Below are positions 52,346-64,000 of a stretch of DNA of 64,000 nucleotides, piece by piece (positions within the stretch are counted from its first letter, which is position 1; the number at the start of each line of letters is the position of its first letter). Below the pieces are notes generated by a model that worked only from the letters and a program-made list of their open reading frames with translations, made no database searches and was not told the DNA's origin. Origin of the DNA: Octopus sinensis (lineage: Eukaryota); assembly GCF_006345805.1 (NCBI RefSeq), contig NC_043002.1, positions 82,212,001 to 82,276,000 of the forward strand. Reading direction: 5' to 3'. The position numbers and the translations under genes were made by a program.

Positions 52346-55300
52346 ACCACCACTCAACTACTCAAATATGTAACATTGACCTTTTATTGGAACTACAATT
52401 AGGTCATACCACATCCGTCACTGGTTTTATTTATTCAATCCTTCAGTTTTAAAAGAAGCTTTAATCTTATGTACTCTCTTTGTGTTAGATCAAATCCCTT
52501 CACTCTTCCTTCCACTATGGTAGCATAGGCAGAGTGGTGGCCTTCTTTCATAAATTACGTATAATTTACATCTAATTTATCAAAGTTGGGGATGTTTGAG
52601 GTGTATGTGTAATTGCACTATTAATTATTGAACTGTGAAGTGAAAAATAAATGCATTAAATGTTTAGAAGTATTCAGCTCATGATTATTTGGTTGTTTAT
52701 TCAATTCCCATGCTGGATAGTTCATTGTGTCCTTCAGCAAGACACTTTATTTCATGTTGCTACTCAACTATAAATAAGTACTCAGCTGAGTGCTGATGCA
52801 ACTCCTCCCACATCCGGCTGTCATACCATGGATATACCACTGTGTCATGGGTCAGGGAATCCAAATGATTTTTATGTCTGCTTGTGACTGCAGAGTTACT
52901 TAAAACAATTAGCAAAACCATAGTAGATGTTACCAAAGAATACTCACTCATGAGCGATGGACGGCTGTACAAGTCTACTCAAAAATTCCATTGGAATAGA
53001 ATAGATGTGACAATGGTTGAATCTCACAACTTCTGTATTATATGTAGGAACCATTTCAAGTGGAATATATTAGTGATCTTATCAAAAGGCAAGACTATTG
53101 TTGGCAGGCATATATAACACATTTCTTATGAGGTTAAACATTGTTGTAGTTATGTTATTGTTTCATTGTACTTCAATAAGACTAGGCATAATTTTAATTA
53201 CTCCAGTTTTGGGACTGGAAAGACTGTCTTTCCAACTCCATATTTGCATTGATAAATAAATGTCTTCATATATGTGAGCGAAAAATGATATAAGATGCAG
53301 GCGTAGCTTGGTAGCATTAAGAATTCACTTCACTACAACATTGTTTTAAGGTTTGTCTCCACTGTGGGCAAGTGTTTTTTAATTTATGCCTTGGACTCAC
53401 CAGTGCCTTGTGAGTGAAATTGGTAGGTTGAAGCTGTACAGAAGCATGTTGTGTATGTATTGGTGTATGTGTTTGTGGCTTGATACTGTTTAAACCATAA
53501 AACAATGTCACCTTGTCTGTGCCTGCCATAAAAACATGTTCAGCTGTTGTGCTGAAGACCAGGAGAACAGATAAAGAGTTGGACCTGGTTGTAAACAAGC
53601 AAATGTAAGAACTACAATGATATATGTCTGATTGTAAAGAAATTATATTTACACCATTTAATTAGAACACGAATTCTCCAGTAGTTCATATTTGCCTGAG
53701 ATTCAGATACAGGGTTATGAGTTCAGATTTTGCTCACAATGTAGAATATTACTCCATCAGTCAAGCAGATTGGTAACTGAGTTATGCAACTACCTATATT
53801 CCTTGTCTAATGGTGAGGTTTGTACACAGTACCATGTGATCTGTAGTTTAACTTCTCAACCATAGCTGCAATTACTCAGATTCGCAAAAAAAATATTTCA
53901 TCCATACTGGTATGGTAAATTGTGGCCATAATTCAACATAAGGTGTGGAGAGAAAATTAGGGCACTAGCACACTTCCTACTCTGGCTATCTTATAAAAGG
54001 AAATAATTAATGAACTCTTATATGCATTGTCCAATTGGAGGCTGAATTAAACAAATGATCGTGTTTGTCATTTTTTATAAACATATACTTAACTCTTAAC
54101 ATCCTATACAAGAACGAATTCACTCAGTAGTGCATGCATCTCTCAATCCAGTACCACATGGAATCCAAATCTCAACACTCTTATTTATATTTGTTTTAAA
54201 AGAAGTTATTAACTCACTAATCAAAGAGAGAAAACTTTAATCACTCCCTGTGTCATTTATTGACATTCTATGATGTTTACTATTAAAATTGACACACATA
54301 TTGCTGAACCTTTTCTTTTTCTGTTTTGTTTTTACCCCTCAGAGTTTTATCAAAACTTTCACGAATATGTGGGTATGTTGTTTCTGCAGGGATTAACTCA
54401 ACTTATCTGTAATTTCATAATAGAAATGGTCAAGGAGAAAACTTTTTTTTGTGATGTTTGCATGTTCACATTTGTTACTAATTGCATTTAATTTATTACT
54501 AACATCTTTCTTTCATTCACTTTTTTTTTTGTTTTATTATCTTTGTTATTGTATTTGTATCTTAAATTTTAATTTGTAATAAATTAGGACTCGCACATTA
54601 TTTTTAGCACAAATGATTATGTACATTAAATTAAAAAAAAAAACTAAGTGTTCTGCAATACTGCCAATTTTCACAATAATCTGACCACCAATGAATGCAC
54701 TATAAGCATTTAAATAAACAAGGCCATTTTTAAGTATTTTCTACTCAGTCATTACAGGACTAAGCTTTTGACTTTGAAAAATTTCAACTAGATAAGAGTT
54801 AAATACTAAAACACACACTTACAATCAACTAAGCATAAATTTCACATACATTTTCCCATTTAACATAACATCTTCAATGTTTCTTGATCTTCTTCTAGTG
54901 AGGGTAACTTCTACTATTAATTCATGCTACTTATTCGCCCCTTGTATTCATCATCTATTTTCATTACACATTCATACTAGTGTTGTCAACCTTCCCCACT
55001 TATATTTGCTAATACTTTTCATGTCGACTTTGCTTTTGTCAGTCAACTCATTCTGTGTCTAGTCATTCTTCTAAATAAACATTGTCTAACTCATTCCTCT
55101 CCAATAGGTATAAATAAATACTGTGCATTTTACTATTCATATTTCATTACCAATGACATCTCACATTCTGCATGTCTACCTATAAGAGCCTGCTATTTGG
55201 TTGTAATAACATGTGTATGTGTGTTAAGTGTGAAAAGCAGTTGTTTTTGGTGATGTGAAATAAATTCAGTATTTTATAGATGACGCTAAAACCTAACCAT

Positions 55301-55749
55301 GTAGGGTAATAATAAACCCACATGTAACATAATTCTTTGCCAAGAAAACAATAACGGCTATTTCACTCACATTTTCCTTTTTTAATGGAAATCCTAGAAT
55401 TATAGAGATTTCTTGTATTTTCTTTTTACAGGTGTATTTCCCTCTATATTGCTCTCCCCATTATCCATATTCCTTCCACTTTTACTTCTCTTACTCTTTC
55501 TCTCTCTTTATCCCTTCTCAAGTCATTTTTCCCTACTTTCTTTCCCTCTTCCTGTTTATTATATTCCATATATTCATTCCCTATTATTCCCGGTGTGTGG
55601 TGGCTGCTGTTCAATAGTACATGTTTTGGTGGGAAGGGAAGTGATAGTAAATATTTCTGCATAAACTCAGTGTTTTCTTGTGTCTTTGTTAGCTTATACA
55701 CCTTAAGATCTTTCTAATGCCCTAATTCGATGTCTTTCTCTTATTTCAG

Positions 55750-55791
55750 CTAAAGCCAGATTACCATGGTATTTCAATGATGTTACCACAG
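55750..55791 (+). CDS. Candidate 42-bp in-frame cassette microexon of TCF between basic tail and C-clamp
   Basis: ctaat branch-like motifs, then tgtctttctcttatttcag| and a strong donor ACAG|gttagt. Phase 1-1, open reading (A)KARLPWYFNDVTT. Confidence 0.6.
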
Positions 55792-58162
55792 GTTAGTACC
55801 ATTTCTTATTTTTGCACACTAAGGATATTAATGGCTGAGTACTTATATATATATATATATATATGCCTACCTAGCTCGCTTTCTGTCTTTGGTTTATGAA
55901 TTCTATATAACTTTTAGTTCTTTCAGAAAGAAGTTTTTTTTCATTTAAGTATTACAGTTAGTTTCAGCTATTATTTTTTTTTCATTGTAGATGTTTTTAA
56001 AGCTTGCTCCACGTCACATTAAGGAAGATTTGTCTTAGATACTGGAGTTATTCTAACAAAATATCTTTGCTTGAAGTTAGTGCCATAAGAACTTTCCATG
56101 TGTCTGACTGAAATGGAAAAAATAGAAAAATTTTTTAAATGAAAAAACCTGAATCACAATAGAATTGTAGATGTAAAACAACAGTTTTTTTCATTAAAAT
56201 TCTCTACAGACTTTCCTGTCATTTTTTCTAAAAGGATAACATATTTATTTACTTCTTGGCAGACATAGTTTTGCTTTGAATCCATATGGTTTGATAACCT
56301 AATACTATGCCTGGGTATTTTTTTAAATATATCTTTTATTTGAGAGGTAGTCATTAATCCATTGCTTAATTCTAATACAGAAACTGTTATCTGTCGACTA
56401 TCATGTTTTTTGTATTGGTTTAGTGAGCTCGTCTTCAAATGTGTTTCTTACCAGGACTCAATCCTCATGAGAAATAGATATAATCCACTTTAAAATGAAT
56501 CATAATTGTATCAGAAAGTTGCATAAAGTCATAGTTATATCAGACGTGAATCGGTGATTGTTCCATCACAACACCTCTTAGTTATTTTACAATAAAACGT
56601 CCTCATTTGCTATGTGTGTTAATGAATGCACGTGTGTTTTATGCTAAACATGCATATATGTTTGACCAATTGATTTTATACATATATAAATCCTGTGAGT
56701 CAATCCTGTGAGAAAAATTTCCCAAAAATCATTCCCTGAATATAAAAAAAAATGGGAGAAATAACAGAAAGGAAAGGGACAGTAGATAATGCATTCATAG
56801 ATAAACTCTAAAACAAAACAAAAAACGGCCATGAATACTGGCGTGCCTTTAATCTTAGATCTACCCATTCAGGGTTGATCTGGATCTAAACAACAACTTG
56901 TTCAAGCGCTTATATATTGCTTTTCTCAATTTCCCCACTTCCTCTTTGTCATAACTGATAGTGGTTGCTATTAAATCAGGTATTTAGCTGTTTAATGCCA
57001 TCTCTGGAAATTCATTTGTTGATCTATTTTATTGTTCCTAACATACAATAATAGCCTGAAAGAGGTTATGTTAAAGCAAGAAAATAGTTTCTCGAGGAAA
57101 TATTCTGGAAGTTTTCAAAATCTTTTCCATGTAATACTTTTTCATAGCATGATTTCATTGAGGGCAATTATTCTTTTATCATCTTGTAATTTTTTTAAAA
57201 ATAGGCTTTGGTCCTGACATCTTGTGGGCCTAAGTTTTATGGTACTATAGCTAAGTCACTCGATGAAGTTAGATATCTTGCATCCTTAAATTAAACATAT
57301 TGTTGTGCTCATTTTTGGATCACTCTAGCATTGTTATTTTACATTTATTTAAAGAAAGTCTACATAGACATTTCCCATGCAATTAGTAGATCATCTGACA
57401 AATGTCTTGTTGTATTCAGTCATCTCCCTTTATGTTCTGTGTTCAATTCCTGCAAAGGTCAATTTAGTGTTTTGTTTTATTTAAAAAATTTTTTTGAGGT
57501 TGTTAAAATAAACTTACCAGTCAAATACTGAAGTCAACCATATCACCCTCACCCCACCCTTGCTTTCTACCATCAGAGAAATTTCAGAATTTTTTTTTTC
57601 ACCTTTTACTAGTGTCAGAGATCATTATTTGTTGAAACAGACAGGCAGAAGGAAATTGATGAACAGATGTAAGAACGTTGTTCTGGGAGAGAAATAAATT
57701 AGCATGTGATGTAATTAATATAGTAAATACGTCAAGATTGAAGCAAGCAATGTTGATGTGTTAATTGATGTTTCTCTCTTATGATGATAAGATTTATATA
57801 TTAATTTTATTTATTTTTCATGTTAAAACTGTTCCTTAACTAAATTCATTTCTAAAGTTTGCTTTCTATTACATTTGTATAAATAAAATCTTTATATATA
57901 AAAAATAATTTTGCCATAAAATCTTAAGCTTAAGGTGTAAATTAAAGTGAGGTTATACAACAGTTTGTCACTGACTGCTACACATTCTGTGTAAATATAT
58001 ATGTATACACATATATATATTGTACGTGTTAGGTAGCAAAAAATATATATACATAGTTATTTGTTCCTTTAATGTTGTAATTATTTCCTTTGGAGGTTCA
58101 CTGAAACCTTGTGCCGTTTCAAACTGTATCGCTCAAAACCGCCATTTTCTTATGTGCTTCAG

Positions 58163-58234
58163 ATTCTATAACTGCTGAAGGAAGCTCTGGCGGGGATTCA
58201 TATCAGTGGGAAAGGACGAGGCCATCTATTATTG
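58163..58234 (+). CDS. Candidate 72-bp in-frame cassette exon of TCF
   Basis: Acceptor ttttcttatgtgcttcag| and weaker donor TTG|gtatat. Phase 1-1, open reading (D)SITAEGSSGGDSYQWERTRPSII. GC-richer than its flanks. Confidence 0.45.
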
Positions 58235-60538
58235 GTATATGCTCTTTCTACACTCGCCCATTCCACTCTAAATCAATCACTTTCTGTCCATAACTCAGTT
58301 TTTTTTTGTTTGTATTTTTGTGTGATTATTATATCATCATTACTTTTTTTTTTATTATTATCTACATGCCAAAAACAAAATAATAGTAAGCTGCATAGAA
58401 AATATTTATGATGATGATGATGATGATGATACTAACAGTGTTGACAAATAATTATAACCTCACCATATCTTGACACATACTTTTGTATTCACAATATATT
58501 CTTTTTGCATAGCATATGTCTCTCCTTTTTAAGTTTACAACATTTCTAAGTCTCTACTAGAGTTCTTGATTATACACTGAGCTGTTGGGGTTGGGTCTTG
58601 TTAAACACACATAGACGGATATATATATATATATATATTCTCACTATCCTCTTCTCATAGCTTCTCTCAACACCCTTTCGTCTCTCTCTCTTTGGATGCT
58701 CATCACTTTCACTCTTTCCTGTTCCCTTTCTTTCAAACCTTTCACCCTTACCCTTTTAATGTGGAGTAATCCTGGATCTTTCTTGCACAACCTATCTCAT
58801 CATCCTTACCAATCTGTTTCACCTTTTCTCACAAACCACTGCTGCTAAATCCCTTCCATACTCTCTTCCCAGTAGTGTCTTCTCTGTTACTCTCTCCATT
58901 ACCACCCTCTCACAACCATAAATCTTCTCTCTTTATTTTTAATGCTCTCTCTTCACCATGACTAAAATCAAAACACTCTTTCCCCTATTCTTCTTTAGGC
59001 ACTTTAGTTATGCATGTCACAATACGATCTCTCTCAAGCTGGTAGCATGTAAAGAAACTAAAAAAAAAAAAAAAAGCAGTACACTCTGTAAGATGGATGA
59101 CATTAGGAAGGACATCCAGCTATAGAAACCCCTGCCAAAACAGACATTAGGGCATGCCACATTCCCAAAACTTATCAGGTCTTCTCAAACCATCAAACCC
59201 ATGTCAGCATGGCAGTCGGACATTAAATGATAATAATGATGATATATAGACTTGTTACTTGAATTATAGTTGATATTCTGAAGTATAGAAATGATTGGAG
59301 GATCACATCAATAAAGTTGTCTAGCTTATTAATTCTGTACAAACTAATGAGGAATAATACTATAACTGGTTCCTTTGAACACAGTGACAGGGTTCATTTG
59401 ATGTGGATAGTTTTCATCTAATACTACAACTAGTTATACTACTGCATTAATGCCTATATCAACGATTGACTCTGACACATAAGCTCAATCAATTTTATGT
59501 ACAGCTTTTAAGACCAGATTAATTGACTCTTCAAGATGTTTTTACAGCATTTTCAGTGTTTAGTGCACAAGACGATTGGAAACTGAACTGTAGTAGAGAG
59601 CGTGCTCTTTTTATTTGCAAAAGACTGTTTTCTGCTCAGTAATCATACTTAGCAATAGGTTGAGGTTTTGGGGGTCTTTTCTTTTTTCATAGAATTGGGC
59701 TAAAGAAATTATGTGTCCTAAAATTGTAAATATATAAATGGTGGTGTGGTAAAATTTCTTGAGAATAATAGTAAGGACGTTACTATTGAAAAGATTGCAA
59801 GACGCAATGAAAATTTTAGGAAAATAAAAATAAGAAATAAGTGGAAATTTTTCCGGTGAGTGTGTTACATTATAAGGCACAACAAGAAAATGACCCTCCC
59901 CAGACACAATAGAACAGGAAGGTTATTAGTTAAAGAGTAAAAATGTATCTGGTAAGTATTCTTGGACTTTGTTTGTCATTGGCTTAATAGATAACTTGAC
60001 AGAGTTGTTTTTTACTTCAGAAGTATATTGATTCCATTTTTTACTTCTTATAACTGATTGGTCATGGTTTCAACATCTTAAGAAACTGTGGAGATCAACT
60101 AAATAGGGGTTTTTATTATTTTTTTTTTTCAAAAAAGGAAAAGAAAAAGCTAGTAGTCATGTAGGATTTAGACTGTAACGCATGACTTTGTTTATGAAAT
60201 TTCAAACACTCTAGCAATGTCATTCTTAGTTTAATGTCCACACCAAAACTACCAGTAGTTTCTCATGAATCTCTTCGTCCAGCTCATTGGATCAAAGTCA
60301 GAGAATGTTGTTTAATTTATTATTTCTTTTTGACAATATTATTTTGAGTGTTATGAGCCAAGGAATTTGAAATTGGTGACTAATGATTTCATAAATGAAA
60401 ATCTATGCAAGATTTTTTAGGAAAGAATATACTGAAGTTATTATTTATCTTCTCCAAAAGGCACAAAGCTAATGAATATTTCTTGAATAACTGGTAGCCA
60501 TTCCTGACAATTATTTTGGTGGAGCAAGACATACAAAA

Positions 60539-60971
60539 CAGTGATTCTCAACCAGGGTCCATAGAAGATTTTGTTGTTAAAATTTATGTGCAGTAAATTG
60601 TTGTTACTAATTTATGTGCAGCATTCAGATTACTCTATCAAATGTAAGGCTTATTTATTCACATTGTTTTGAATTAATCATGTATTATCTTGTAGCTTCA
60701 AGATTTTGATGATATGATTGTATATTTTTAAAATGACATCGTGTGAGAGATGGAACCTGGTTGATTTGAGCATAAAACAAGTAGAATATTTGGGCCAGAT
60801 ATGGTCAGTTGAAATATTAAAGGGTCAAACAATTTTTTATACAACTCCTAATAATATTTAATCATAAAAATATAATAGGAGTTTTTAGATTTTGAATGAC
60901 TATGAGGGTCCCATCCCTTGAGTAAATAGGAATCAATGGGTCCATAGGCAAAAAATGGTTGAGAACCACTG
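60539..60971. mobile_element. hAT/Charlie-like MITE carrying a nested piggyBac-type MITE
   Basis: TIRs CAGTGATTCTCAACC...GGTTGAGAACCACTG. An uninterrupted reverse copy lies at about 10758-11000. Confidence 0.72.
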
Positions 60972-63058
60972 ATTCATGTTTTACCTCTTTTGTTGCAAAT
61001 GTTTCTTCTACAAACAAATGTTTGCAAATGGAGCCAATAGTTATCAACATTGTTTATCATTTTGTCTCTAATAAATTTCCTTGGTAATAAGATTAAATAA
61101 CAGTAATGTCTTTTATGATATTTGTTTGTAGAGCATTTTATACTGACGGATAGAAGGGTAAAGTCTAATTGGTTACTCCAATAACCCTTTGTCAACTGTA
61201 CACATGGGGACTGAAACAGCTTAATAACTTTGAAGGGTTTCAGTGTCACTCATGTTGTTGACTTACATATCAAGTTATCGATTATGCTGCTTCTAGCTTC
61301 ATTATTCAATCAACAAACAATAGGGGAATTATTGTCTGGCATTGATTAGATATTGGCAGCATGTAACACCTTACTTAACCAACTTTCCTGGTAGATTATA
61401 TTCATCAAACCTCCAATAATCTTTCACACACTAGCTTATATTTATTACATTTATACCCAATGACATGTATAGTTTTTCATTGTTCAATGTCTATTATTTG
61501 AACAATAACATTAAATGCAAGTTGTATGGGTTTAACTCTTAAGATGGGTTGCTGTAACTACATACACAGTGAGAAACCTTTCATTAGATAAATGGTGGCT
61601 TTTTTTTAATGATAGTATTGATGCTAAAGGTGATTCACACACATATATACAATATTAAAATGTAGGTTGAGTTATATGGGTATAACAGTTGCAGTTGTGA
61701 TGAAATTGTATCTTTTATTATTAACAGTATATTAACTAATCTCACACTACTCTTTGCATACATACACATACACACATGTTGAGGCAAAACAAAAGAAAAA
61801 AAACAATTACCCCAACCCATTAAGGTGCTGTCCTAACACAATGAACTCTGTGAATCAATTTGAGTGTGTTCAATTCACTGGCGTTCCACTTAACTCACAA
61901 TAAACTAATTGCAACTTCATCAATAACTCCTTTTTACCCTATTTAACTTAACTCACTCCTTATCTATTCACTTAAATCTCTTTTCTTTTTTCCATTTTTA
62001 GTCTTTGTTTTGTTTTTTCCTTGATTTTATTATTATTATTATAATTATATCCTTCCTGCTAAAGTATTGCCACTAACCCAGTTCCTATTTTTATTTTAAT
62101 ATAACACTTTCTTTCAAGCTTTCAACTTTTGCACACTCTCCCACCCCCAACACTTTTGTTAACATTTCCTTATATTTTGCCTTATTTTTTGTTTCTTTTT
62201 TTTTTGTATTTTGTATTTCTTTTTTCTTCTTTCCCAGTCTTTAGTGTCATTACCATTAATATAATAATTTCATTTTGCTATTAGTTTCATCTCATGTCAG
62301 CCCCAATAGTCAACATCTTGGGCTTTCTCCTATAGTCTTTGGCCAACCAATACTTTGTGAGGCAATTTTGTAGGCAGAAACTGAAAGAAGCTCATGTGTG
62401 CATGTCTGTTTGTATGAATGTTTACAACCTACACTGAGCTGAGCTTGCTTCTACTACAACCAAACCAGTAATGTCACCATTTGTGGTTGGACTGCAACTG
62501 GTGACGTTTGTTGGCATTTCATTTCAAATCATTCATTAGCTTTGTGCTTTCAAATTTCTCTGGAATAAAATATATCAACTCACTTGAAAAACAGGTAAGG
62601 GTTGGCAACAGGAAGAGCATCCACCCATAAAAATCCTGCCTCAATTACTTCTCCCATCTAAACCATGCTAACATAGAGAAAGTGATATTAAATGAACTAA
62701 GAAGAGTTGATGAAATGTCAGCTGAGTTCATTTCTCTGGCGATGTAGAAAATCTAACAGTTTGTATTCTTGCTCTTCAATGAAGAGAAGAAAACTAATGA
62801 GTGAGAGCCCAAATTGGATTTTGGCATTTTGCAAACTTTCCTTTTGATTTGCTGGTGTCTTGGAGGATCCGTTCTAATGTCTTTAGATTCCAGACTACCT
62901 GTATGTGTGTATTGTACAATTAGTTTTGACTAGGACTTAAAGATTTGCTTGACAGTTTATTTATCCAATCAACAAATGTTTTACTGTTATTCTTAAACTT
63001 GCTTCAAACTAATAGCTTCAGTTTTATATATATATATATATAAGAGAGAGAGAGAGGG

Positions 63059-63460
63059 TCACAGGCGTAGTTGTGAGGTAAGAAATTTGCTTCCCAACCA
63101 CATGGTTCCATGTTCAGTCCCAATGCATGGCACCTTGGCCAACTGTCTTCTACTATATAGCCTTGGGCCGACCAAAGCCTTGTGAGTGGATTTGGTTGAT
63201 GGAAACTGAAAGAAGCCCATTGTATGTATTTGTGTGTGTCTTTGTGTTCGTGTTTGTCCCTCACCACTGCTTGACAACCAGTGTTGGTGTTTACATGCCT
63301 GCGAATAAGCAGTTTTGGCAAAAAAAGACTGGTATAATAAGTACCAGGCTTTTAAAAAAAATAATAAGTGCTGGGGTTGATTTGTTTGACAAAAATTCTT
63401 TGAGGCAGTGCCCCAGCATGTCTACAGTCTAACATACAGACTGACATAAGTAAAAGATAA
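63059..63460 (+). mobile_element. SINE family 1 copy about 150 bp upstream of the C-clamp exon
   Basis: Matches head, body and tail of 8561-8940. Confidence 0.85.
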
Positions 63461-63613
63461 GATATATATATATATTAAATCCTAAGTTCTTTTTTAAACA
63501 TACATACTCTTTATCTCTCTCTCTATGTCTCTCATTTACTCTTTTCACACCTCTCGCTGTTCTCTCTTTCTTGTCTGCATGCTTTTCCTTATTCTGACTC
63601 ATTCTGATTCCAG

Positions 63614-63686
63614 AATGCTCAAACCCAAAGAAATGCAGAGCTAGATTTGGTCTTGACCAACAGAATCAGTGGTGCAAACCATGCAG
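63614..63686 (+). CDS. TCF: TCF C-clamp (CRARF) exon, too short for the ORF track
   Basis: Acceptor ttctgattccag|AA and donor TGCAG|gtaggg. Phase-1 translation (E)[23 protein letters not shown](R) is the C-clamp motif. 73 bp; entry phase matches both HMG second-half exons. Confidence 0.96.
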
Positions 63687-64000
63687 GTAGGGAATATTAA
63701 AAAAAAAAAAGAAAAAATGTCTAAATAAATATATATATATAAATATATATGTATATTTGCATACATGTATGTTAATATATATATAAATATACATATATAT
63801 ATATATATTGTGTGTGTGTGTGTGCGCCTTGTTTCTTTTTTTTTTTTATCTTTTTGTTTTTCTCTTTTGTTTCTTAGCCTGCTAGTGGCTAATGCAGAAA
63901 AGTTTGTAATTTCTGTCATAGCCCCGTAAGCTGGGTACTATATGTTAATATATGGTACTTAAAGCAAGTTCAACATCGTATTTTAAAAGTGATTATATAA

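Overview
AT-rich, microsatellite-dense animal genomic DNA. The SINE, MITE and microsatellite landscape points to a coleoid cephalopod, most likely an octopus (inference). The whole window appears to lie inside one plus-strand TCF/LEF (pangolin/TCF7L2-like) gene. Recognisable exons are the first half of the HMG box (32386-32572), two tandem 163-bp paralogous exons for the second half of the HMG box plus basic tail (33277-33439 and 44179-44341), and the 73-bp CRARF C-clamp exon (63614-63686). The main signal is a combinatorial splicing system in the DNA-binding region: mutually exclusive HMG exons, tandem donors and candidate in-frame cassette exons at 55750 and 58163. There is also a possible Wnt-responsive internal promoter near 28.6 kb. 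The rest is intron containing three tRNA-derived SINE families, piggyBac- and hAT-type MITEs, a decayed mariner, a decayed LINE and simple repeats. Nearly all other ORFs in the track are microsatellite or SINE artefacts.
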